DNA from: Aplysia californica
Taxonomy: Eukaryota
Length of the DNA stretch: 64,000 bases
Assembly (NCBI RefSeq): GCF_000002075.1
Contig: NW_004797285.1
Location: forward strand, 1,653,232 to 1,717,231
Direction of reading: 5' to 3'
Positions within the stretch are counted from its first letter, which is position 1. Each line of letters starts with the position of its first letter. The notes under the pieces are model-generated. The model saw only the letters and a program-made list of their open reading frames with translations, searched no databases and was not told the origin of the DNA. A program made the translations under genes and the position numbers. Below, piece by piece: positions 27,101 through 39,100 of the stretch.

Positions 27101-30100
27101 GGTCTTCTTGGATCAACCAAAATTCTCCTGTTGGCACTAATGGTGATTATGAAAAGATGACCAAAGCTGAACTGTCCACCTTCTGTCCAAATGGTCAAGT
27201 GACGGATATTGAATGTGTAGATTCAGACACTGGTGATGACGCTACCAGCCTTGCTGAAGCTGAATGTAACTTGGAAGATGGTCTGTCATGCACCAACATT
27301 CCGTTCGATGGAATCCCTCCATGCAGAGACTATCAGATCAGATACAAGTGCAACTGCTCTGGTAAGCTCTTTTTTAGTTTATCTTATTTGTTTCTTTGGT
27401 ATTTACTTCTCTCACAAATTTCAATATTACATGACATACCTTCCCTGTAGAGACTACTAGATGAGCTACGAGTGAAACTGCTCTGGCATTCACCCTTTGA
27501 AACTTTTTTTTCATAAATTGCTCCTTCTCAAAGTAATAAAAAGGAATTTCAGAATCAGTAACAAGACATTCACTGCATTGCAGGAAATGCAATTGCTAAC
27601 TCCATCCAAAACTATTTAATGAACAGTTTTTACTTTTAAAAAACTGTAAATGGTATTCCTTCTGTGATGTTCCATATTGTATTATAAATAGAAGATTATT
27701 TTCCATTCTTATGGTTATTTTAAAAAAGAAATATGTTGTTCATATATCTTTTAAAGCTCTGTATTTTGATATAATAATCTGCATATGAAGTTAGTTGTGA
27801 TTATGGGATATCTTTTTTAGGCGTTACGTCTTCCCCATCAAGTGTCGGAACATATAACAATCCAAGCTCAACACCTTTGTCAAGTAAGTGGGATAAGAAA
27901 GAAAGTGTTTAGCTTTTTCCAGCTGATGTAGATGTTGCGATCTTTATCTGGTGATTACAATTGTTTGAAAGCCTGGATTAACTCATTCGCTACGCCAAGC
28001 CGTGGGGGGCGGCGCGGCTAAAGTGCCATCAGTAAGCTAAGCTGCCCCAGGCGGCTCGAGAACCGATCTTCAATTTTAGCTTAGATTCTATTCCAATCCA
28101 CATATCCATGTTAATATAAAGGTCATGATATAATGTTGACTTGCGGGTCAAGCATTTCCACTGAAAATCGGAAACTTAGATTCAGCTTTGAAACGCGATT
28201 TCGTAGTTTATTCGACTTTGTTTTATCGCGATGCCAAAATTATAGCCCGGACACCAGTCTTAGTTATTTTACACAACAAAATCTATCATTATTTTGCTCA
28301 CTAAAGAAATGTAGGACTCTTTTTTGTAATATTGATATGATTGGACTCATACTGCCAATGCACTGTTATTGAGAAATCAATATTTTTGAGTGCTAGATCT
28401 AGATCTAAATTGTCAAAATATTTTTTTCTACCCAAAATCACTTTTTTAAAATGAAACTACATAAAAAGTGCCACTCAAGACATGTATGGGTTTGTTCCAA
28501 ATGCAATTCTGAATAATTCCATTTAAGATCCGAGTGGGTTTTTTTCTGTTTGTGATCGTTTTTCAAGATTATAAATTTTTTAATTTTTTTTCAATATCGG
28601 ATGTTATGTTCAAAATGTACAAATATTATGGAATTTAGGTAAATAACTGCAAACTTTTCAATATTTTCCAGTTCTATATTCATTTATGGTTATTTTGATG
28701 TATCATTTGACAAGGTGCAAACATTTTTTGAGTTTCACCAAAGATTATTAATTTTTTATTTTCAAATTTTATCCGCATGCTATCAAAATTGTGTTGCATA
28801 ATCGTCGTTTACAGGAACCAAAGTTAAGAAATATATAAATAAACATTACATATGTATTCTACAAACCATACTGAAAATATTGGTATATAATACGTTGATA
28901 TTTATTTGAATTTGTGGCCCCAAAGACCTTTTAACTGCCCACTAGTCATCATCTCATTCGCCTTCCCGAAAAAAAATTTGTCCACAAGCCGAAAATAATA
29001 CGTAGCGAATGAGTTAACCTGTGCATGCTCAGGNNNNNNNNNNNNNNNNNNNNNNNNNNNNNNNNNNNNNNNNNNNNNNNNNNNNNNNNNNNNNNNNNNN
29101 NNNNNNNNNNNNNNNNNNNNNNNNNNNNNNNNNNNNNNNNNNNNNNNNNNNNNNNNNNNNNNNNNNNNNNNNNNNNNNNNNNNNNNNNNNNNNNNNNNNN
29201 NNNNNNNNNNNNNNNNNNNNNNNNNNNNNNNNNNNCTCACACATGGGCATACCGCAAATTTGTACAAGTTGAAATTTATTTGCCAGTGTTTCTTTCATGA
29301 AATTAGTGAATATTATCACAAGTTGATAAGCCAATATTAATGATTAATTAATGGTGAAGATACCACTAGGGGGCATTGATTTTGTGTTCAAAGTTATCGG
29401 TTCATTTTATGTATTTATGGTTTTTTGTTTTGTCCAAATTATGTTGACTATTTTTTTAATGGCCTGAATTGTTTATATTGATGAAATGGAAAGACAATTT
29501 AACATCCTACAAAAATTGATATGCACTGGGAATAACGTTCAGTTCTGAAGTATAATGAATACTTTCTATTACATCCGCAACTTCTTATCTTACTTTGATA
29601 AAACTAACCTTTAGCTTGAACTTTGACCGTGAAGCCATTCTGTAGAAGAACAATTTTACAATGTTAAGCAAGGAAGAAGTGTCCATGTTTTCCTCTTGAT
29701 CTTTTATTGATACACCATGATGCACATTTTTAAGAGGATATTCATATCCATTTTTCTGTGTTTTAGACTCCCCTGTGTGTGGCTGGACCATGTGGATGAA
29801 TGGGCACACCCCAAGTCCTGTGGGAGAGGAGGAGAGCTTCACCAGCTTGAGGCAGAAGTATGCTTTCTGTCAAACGTCTGACATTACTGCAATTGAGTGT
29901 AGGGATGCTGCTACAGGGAAATCTGCTCAAGAAATGGGCCAGGTATATTCGCCTTTGTCCAATTTTGTGCTAGTTGTCAGTTATTTTTCAGATAAATTCA
30001 TAGAGAATGGCCTGACGAAGCACTATTTTGGGGCAATCGGTGTTTTATGTTTGCTCAAAATTTGGAAAGCTCAGATAAAGTGAAAAGTGAGTGTACATTT

Positions 30101-33100
30101 GCTTTCTAAATTTGCTCAGGTGAGAATGTATGTGAGATGGAATGTTCTTGTCATTTTGTTAATCTTTTAGCCTTACTTTCCATGATGAAAAAGAAGAGCA
30201 TTCAACTTGTAAGTTTTTCTAACTTATGTTCCTCCCTGTCATTTTGCTAGGTGAACGTGGTGTGTGACAACAACTACAGTGGCCTGAAATGCTTGAACGC
30301 TGACCAGCCCAATGGACAGTGCTTGGACTATGAGGTCAGATTCCTCTGTGAACCGAAAGGTGCTAGCTGCAAGCCAAATGCATTTACAAATGGTCCGTTG
30401 CCTGGAAGTACAACCACAGGTGAGTGAAAGTTGTGATTTATGTCGTAGCCTACTTATGAATCAGGTGGCATAAGATTTTAACCTGATTATTTTATATATT
30501 CCTTTACTGTAGGTATAGTTCTTTTAATTACTTTTTTTTTTCTGTATTCCCCTGGGGTGTCTTTAAAATGATCAATTTGATATTGGTTCTATTGTAATGA
30601 GTGATTCTAGCTACTTGTAGTTCATAAGGTGGTATGGTGACTGAGAGGACCTTTTCATATATTAAAGTTCAAGGTATCACTCCAAACGTTGAAGTTTAAA
30701 AACTTTTAGTTCCTTAGAACTGATATATATGTGCTAGCAGACCAGATTATTTCTCACAGAAGCCAATTTCATCTTACATAAGCTGCCAAGGCAGCCTTCA
30801 GAAAGGTTTAGACAAGGAGAAGTTGGTGAAAAACTGGGAGTTCTTGAAGAGGGTTGTGCATAGATACAATTGGGAAATGTAACTGTGTACATGACTATTT
30901 GTCCATGAAAAATTAATTTGAAATGTGAATGTTTATGCAATTTTGATAAGTAGGGGCACTTTAGCAATATTTCTGTTCTGTTCCTATAATCTGAGGGATT
31001 GTCATATTGTTAAATGGGACTGGCTTTTTCAGTGAAATTTTTGGGGTGTTTTTTTAATAAGTTGTTTTCAGCCTCTGTGCCTCATATTGTTGTCCAAATT
31101 CTTCGTTCTTATGGAAGTAAATGTCTTGAAACTCAGATAATATAAAAATTCTCAATGTCAAAGAGGATATTTTTGAATTCTTGAAGAATATTGTTGTTTT
31201 ATTCTGACAGATTCACCTGTACTTGCTGGCAGTCCCACTTGTACATCTGGCTGGTCTAACTGGGTCAATGAGAATTCTCCTATAGGAAGTGATGGTGACA
31301 AAGAAAAAATGACAGCTGATGAACTGAGAAACTTTTGCCCTGGAGGAAGCATTACAGATATTAACTGCGTAGATTCTGATACTTTGGACGATTCTGCAAG
31401 TTTGGCTGAAGCCTCTTGCACAGTGGAAGATGGTCTGTCATGCAAAAATGACCCAATCATAGGCATTCCTTGTCGAGATTACAAAATCAGATACATGTGC
31501 AATTGTTCAAGTAAGTATACTGCCACAAGAGTATTCAGTATCCTAACTTTTGTATGTGTCACTCCTTTTATACTTTTGTCATGGTTTTGCCTAAGTAAAT
31601 AAATGGTGGCAAAAATTGCAAGCAGAGACAAGAGTGTAGAAGCTCCTATTGTAGTGGACCTATGGTTATATCTGGTCTCCCATCTTGCAGTACTTTGGAT
31701 TTTAAAATGTTATTTCTTGAATTAAAATGTATATAGATAAGAAAAATCCAAACTTGTCATATTGTAATTTTATTCCAGTATCTGAGTTAAAACATCCAAC
31801 TATCTCTCAGTGCAGTAAAAAAAAAGATGCTTAGTCTTTTATAAATAAGTGTACGAACATTTTAGTCTATTGCATGCTTATTAACAGCATTTCAAAATGT
31901 TTTTCTTGCATGTCAAGGTTCTACCAGTCATTCAGTGGGAAAACGTAGTGTGCATCATCTTGCGGATGCTCTGCCTTCTTCAAACATTCCAGGTAAGGTG
32001 TATTACACAGTGAATATGAATAAAAATTTGTCAAGAGCTTAACTGGTACGCCAAATTAGTGAAAAATATGAATTTCAGAAGGAATTTTTTCTTGAATAAA
32101 CTAGAAGTCTTGTGTTGGGAATCATAAATCGATCACATTTTTTAACCAACTTTAAGCAAAAATTGCTTTGATTTATATTTTAGGATTTTAAAACTATTTC
32201 AGGCTCATCTGCACTAATAGGAAGGAAAAATGTATGCATTTTATTTATTTTTCAAAATTTTAGTGGAATGCCTTTCGAACATGGGACTTAGGAGCGGCCT
32301 CGTGCGCAACAACATGATTACAGCTTCATCATTCAGGGACACTTACCACTCACCACAAATGGCTCGATTGGATTCACAAGGCAGCTGGTTGGCAGCCATT
32401 GATGACTTGAATCAGTATATTCAGGTAAATCTTTCATCAAGATATATAGAAGGCAATATAATATTTGTTTGGGGAAAGGGGGTGAAATTATATTATTTTG
32501 GACTTGCACATTCTTTTTGTCTTCGTGCTTTGCACTAGAGGTCTCTTTTAATATATAGGAATAGCTAATACACAATTTGCTTTATGCATGCCTTGATTAG
32601 ATTTTCCAAAAATTGTAATGTATTCTCAGAAATGTCAGCCCCTGATAATAGAATTTGAAACATCAGTCTTCAAGAACAAAACTTTCATATTATCATTTGA
32701 ATTCCGTGATCAAAATTAGATTCTTCTTTGGATGAGATGTACCATTTAATGTGTATGCTGTATACAAGAATAAAACATTTCCTGCTTCTTTTCAATCAGG
32801 TGGACTTTTTGACGCCAGTCTACCTGACAGGTCTAACAACACAAGGACGACCTGATGCTCCATCTTTCGTTAAATCATATAGAATTCTGCACAGTCTTGA
32901 TGGTATCAACTGGAACCCTTATCAGGAACAAAGAGGCATTGATATGGTATGATATTAGGTCACCTGTCACCTGTACATAATTTTTAGAGATGAGGAAGAC
33001 TTTTTTGAATTTTCAACAATTTTTGTTCTCATGTAAATTTGAAGAATTTTTAACTCTTCATCTCCGAGGGGGTAAACCCACGTTACTATGCCAGGGCGCT

Positions 33101-36100
33101 TTTTTGGTACTTAATCTAAAAAATGACAAAAACATCACTAAATCACTAAATTGGTCATTAAATCAAAACAGGTGAACCTACTTTGATGGTTCTTCATCTT
33201 ATGAATGAAATCCCAATAAAAGAGACCTGTTATCCGCAATTGCCCAAAAAATAATTGGATGTTGAAGTTGTTGTAAAGGAATGCGCCCGAGCCGCTCACC
33301 GGCACAGCAGTTCCGACTGCGAGCCCCTGGGAGCAGCTTGTTAGAGATAAAAAGTTAATAGAAGTTGACTATCTTCTATATCTTTTAAATTAGTAAATTA
33401 TGTAGTGAGGGAGGATATCTTGAGATCAAATGCTTGGTGATTCAGAAAGGGATAACTGATGATAATAATAATAATAATAAATTGCATTTATATAGCGCAT
33501 TTCCACAAAGAAGTGCTCAATGCGCTGTACAATAATACAAAGAACATATGCAGCGCATAGCCTCTATNNNNNNNNNNNNNNNNNNNNNNNNNNNNNNNNN
33601 NNNNNNNNNNNNNNNNNNNNNNNNNNNNNNNNNNNNNNNNNNNNNNNNNNNNNNNNNNNNNNNNNNNNNNNNNNNNNNNNNNNNNNNNNNNNNNNNNNNN
33701 NNNNNNNNNNNNNNNNNNNNNNNNNNNNNNNNNNNNNNNNNGAGTAAAGACAATCCCACAAAATTTACCCATACACCCACGTACACATTGATGACATCAC
33801 ACAGTCATAAATTGTTACAGAACAGAACAGCATGAATAAACGATACTGAGAGAACATAATAGATTCTGAGAGAACTTAATAATATTTGTATTGGGAATGT
33901 CGGGAATTACAAATTGAAGCTGCACTGAAACAAATGCGTTTTAAGTGCTGATTTGAATTTTGTTAAAGTGATAAGACTCCCGTAGATGAGCTGGCAAAGC
34001 GCTCCACTGGGAGGAAAAAGCTCCTCCTCCGAGTCTCTGACTTTTGGTTCGGACAGGTCTTAAAAGTCTTTTCTTCGCCGATCTTAAAGGCCAAGATGGT
34101 ATATATTCGATGACTATGTCACAAATATATGATGGTGCAATGTTGTTGAGGGACTTAAAACAGAGATTTACATTTTGCTCTGAATTCGTTTCTAACTCAG
34201 TAATGAAAGAACAAAAATGTTCAGTTTTTGAAAAAGATGCTCAGTGTTGGAGGAACTACAAATTTTTACCAAATCTGCATAGCTGCCCTCTTTCTTGTGA
34301 TATTATACTGTATTTAATTAGTTTGTATTCAGCTTCAGAATCTTTTGTACTTTGGTTTCTAACTCAATTGTATTTGTTGAGCTTTCAGTGTGTGTGTTGT
34401 GTACAATGTTGGGAAATATTCTCCACAGATTTTCGAAGGCAATACAGATATTTTTACACCTGTTAAAGTTCTGTTCAAGCATCCAGTTTTGACAAGACTG
34501 TTGCGCATTCAGCCAGTGTCTTGGCATGGAAGGATTGCCATGAGATTTGAAGTTCATGGTTGTTCCACGGAGTATCCTTGTAAGTGAAATGCTGGGATAA
34601 AATACTTAATGTAAAGAGACCAATTAACATTTTATTGAACCTTTAAGACAATAAGCTGAAAGCCTTAAAATAAAGGACAGAAGTTTCTTTTGAGATATCT
34701 GTTCAAGAGCAGCACTAGTGTCACAGAGAGACTGATGGGATCCATTTTTCTTTATTTATTTAAAGTCTGAATTCCCCTGGGTATGTTTGATCTGGGTGTC
34801 CTGCATAGAGAATACAGAGCTGAGAGGAATGCTTTATGTAATAAGATCATAACAGCATGTAAATGGGTATATGCGTGTAAGGACCTTTTCATTGTTAAAT
34901 TTCTCAAAACAGTGATGAATATTTTATTTGTCTTTAAAAAAATATTGTTGTTTTATGGTAGCATTTACTTAGATTAAATATTGTCAATGATAAAGGTAAT
35001 ACACTAGAAGTGCTTGGCGTTTCACCGGAAGTAACCTGCCCAAAATGCCCCGCGGCCATGGCGGATCAGTTGTAAACATGGGGGTTTGTTGGGGGGATGT
35101 CAGCTGAGACACCAGAGATGTATACACTTGCTCCTGAAAAATGACCATTTACGGCTCAACAAATGATAAAAGGCATAAAACCATATTTTTTCTTAACTCT
35201 TTTTATCCTAGCCGTACCCCCACGGACTCTGTACCCGTCCTGGGGCCGCCGCGCCGTATGAGTCGGAAGTCAGTGCGTATAGTTCAAAGTGCTATATTTC
35301 TTACTTTTACTCTAGGTTTTAAAGGAAATTTGGCAGTTATGTTAGAAATTGAATGTAGTTTTTGTAAATGTATGTGGTTAGGAAATACACCAATAGCACA
35401 ATGTAGATTTTGAGGTGTATTCCACCCTCGAACTTGACCCTGATTGCCGCGCCCACGACGTCCCACTGGATTTTATAGATCTAGATCTAGCTCTACCCAT
35501 CGAACACGAATTCCAGTACTGACCCCTTCACCATGATCTGAATCGCTATTAGATGAGTCTTAGTCATGTTTCTTATCATCCACAACGGAATTTACGGCAC
35601 TTATTTCAGAGTCACTATCATCAAATTAGTATCATTCCCCCTCACAACCCAGCGCAACTTCAAAAAGTACTTCGTCGGTCGTGAATGTACGTTTTCGAGA
35701 CATCTTTCAGGCTTCTACACCTATCAAAAACAAAGAAACCACTGTTCATTGGAAAATTAAAACATTCAGACAGAGCTAGCATCGCCGTATTTGCGTATTT
35801 TGGTAATTACAAGCAGAACTAGCTTCTTTGACGAGACCGTATCGCTGTTCCGAGAATACTCGTAGCCCGGACTGGTCCTAGTTACAAGTATACTCGTAGC
35901 CCGGATAAAAAGAGTTAAAGCTGATAGAATGAGCCATTCAAAAATGATATGCGATCAAATAAATACAAACAAAGTGCAAAATGCGGTAAACTCAACAATT
36001 AGTACATTAGCACAGCAGAACAAGTGATAACACAGCGTGTAGTCGATCTGCTGGAGCGCGTCACTTTATCGATTGATATCTTGGCCAAGAGACGCTCTAC

Positions 36101-39100
36101 GAGGTCAAGATAACTTGCAAAGTCATTGGTCACTATTTATAACTTTGACCTGTAATTTACTAAGTCATTCTCCATGTAAGGAATACTGAAATTTTCCATT
36201 GAAAAAAGTCAGGGTCCTGGTCGAAGTAGGTCAGCCCTATATGTAGGGCTTGCGCGCTTCCAGGGTTAAAAAGCAACAATGAAAATTTCCTGATCCTCTC
36301 TATTTCAGTGACAGCACCATTACAACTGGACTCACAGATGTCTCAGATGTCTGAGCCGACTGAGGATCTGGGTATGTTTTTCTCTTTTTTTCATCTGTTT
36401 CCTTGAAGCAAATGTAATTTCATGACTTTGACCCCTCTGATTACTTCAGAGAACGTCTTTGTCTTAAATTGATTTAATCTGCTTGCCTTCCAGCAGTTTT
36501 AAGATTAAAATAACATCTAGCATCTTTTTCATGAGGATTTCAAAAGATCTTTAGATTCCTTCATTGACGACTCATTGAGACCAGAATTGATATCCACAGT
36601 TTTGCGGTATTGATTTTTTTTTTTTTTTTACAACTGGACTACTTCCACAACATGTGTCATGAAGCAGTCGATATTGCATAAAATTTTGCAGTAAAGTATG
36701 CTGAAATAAAAACAATGTTAATCATATTGTAGTTTATTTTGAATACTCTTGCCTTGAGGCTTCTTTTTCTCTTCAGTTGTTATTAAGTGTGAAAATGGTT
36801 GTGTTTTAAAATGTACTGATACTACAGACTGTGCTGTAAGATATCTAGAATAGATCCATTTTGGAAAAATTGATTTTTAAAGATATGTTGAATGACATAC
36901 CATTAAAACAAACACTCATTTCGTTATCTGTTTTCTACTCTCTAATGGCAGAGCCCAGTGGACAGTACTTACCCATTCCTTTCTAAAGCTTATACAAGTA
37001 CTGATTTTTTCATCTTCTCTGTTAATGCAAAAGTGAATAAGTGAAACAAATTCTATAACATTTTTATAACTTAAAAAATCCATCTTCCCATCAGATAAAT
37101 GCATTGTGTGGGATGACTGGCAAGATTTATCTCAGCCTGGACTAACTAGCAAGAATGACATTGAGCCCATTGAAGATCTAGTGAGGATGTCTCCTTCATG
37201 CAAAGACCCTGTCCAGATTGAGTGCCGAACAGCTACCCCTGATCTCAAACCTGCCCAAAATAGTGGTCAGAATGTTGTCTGCAATCTCTGGGATGGTCTG
37301 CGTTGCACAGCCGATAAGGCTAATACTTCAATGTGCTATAACTATGAGGCCCGCCTTGGCTGCTGGAAGTCTACTGCAGAATGTTGTACGTATTTTTACT
37401 CTATTTCTGTTATGCTTTAGAAAAGTAAACTAGTGTTAGTTCAGTGTGAGAGTGCTACACACTTTCCTCAAAATAGAACAAGGTATATATATGTAAATAT
37501 GTATTGATTCTGTCTGGACTTTGTGGGCTTTCCTTTCTATACGACGCTACAAAAAGCCAGGTTTTATTATTCAAAAGTTTCATTCCAATGGTTTAATTTC
37601 TTTTCAAATTTCAATCAAATGCAGCATTTTGATTTATAAAGAACAAAGCACTTGGATCTTTGGTTTATTGAGTGGGAATGGGCTGTCGAACTTCTTTATG
37701 CATTAATGAACAATGAACCTTACCTTCTATGGAAACCATGAACATCAGCAACTGATAATGCAAGCCTTTTAATAACATTGTATTTTCATAGAGACAAAAC
37801 CCAAAGGAGAAGGGGCTAAATGTAGAAGCTGACCGAGCAGAACAGTTTGAGTAGGATAGAAATAAAAGGCAAAGATGATGTCAGAAGCCTTGGGCACTTA
37901 CATACAACATTAGTGATTGAAGGTGCTTGGCAGTGAATTAACACAGTGCTCTTCTTTTTGACTAGCTTCGAATTCTGCCATTTAATTTTCTATTCTTATT
38001 TTTCCAGTGTCCAAAAGGTCCACTGAACCGAAGAAAGTATCGTCAGCATTGAGAGAAGCAAGGATGTGCTTCTCTGGCATGGATTCTACTCACTGTCCCC
38101 ACATGGGCTGTGCAAATGGCTTGTATTGCAACGGTGTCAAATGTGTTCCAAGAAATGAGTGTCCATGCATGGTTGATGATACAGTTATCAGAGTGAGTGA
38201 AGAGTTTTGTTTTTAATTGTAAATTATAAGACTTACTACTACTTACGATGCATCTTCTTGGAAACTTCAAGAAAGATCCAAGTTCCTTTACTATCATTAC
38301 CACGGTGAAATACTGCTCTTTATGAATGCAGTTATTATCTGTAGCTTGATAAGAGAGGATGTTAGACACAGAATTATGACTTTCAGTATGTTCCAAATTT
38401 CAGTTCTGAAGTAGTAGCTTAATTTTGACAAAAAAGCATAAGTATACAAACATCTTTTTTAAAGCAAAGCTGACTACAATGCTCTTTGACTTTCCATCAT
38501 TTGTTTACCGTATCCTGTTCATGCAACTTTCTATTCATTGTTAAAAGAAGATGTAACTTGTACCTTTCGTTGAAACTATGTTTAATATAAGATGTTATCA
38601 TTATCCCTAACCCATGCATTCAAGTAGGTCAAATAGCTGTGATATTTGACCCAGTTTTCCGTATAATTTTGGGATCTTGTATTATTGTAAGCTAAGAAAA
38701 CATAAGTTTAAAGGATTGTGTTTTTGACCCTTTCAGCCGGGAGCTGTTGTTCGAAATAAAGACTGTGAAACATGTCAGTGTATTGGAGGAGAAGTTCTTT
38801 GCATGCCAAAAGTCTGCCCAGCCTGTCAGGTGGTGAGTATCAGAAGAACAGTGTCAAGTATGATTTTGAGAGACATTTGGGCTATGTGTAGGCCTTTGTA
38901 TGTATGCATATGTGTATGTGTGTGTGTGTGCATGTGTGTGTGTGCGTGCGTGCGTGCATGTATGTGTGTGAAAAGGGGGACAGGGGTTACTGCTTAATTT
39001 TATTCTTTAAGTTGAATGTTCTGCATGCTTTCCATTTCTTTGTGATTTGGGCTGGAAGCAGGCTTTAAAAAAAATTTACATCAACAGAAAGGATCTTTTA

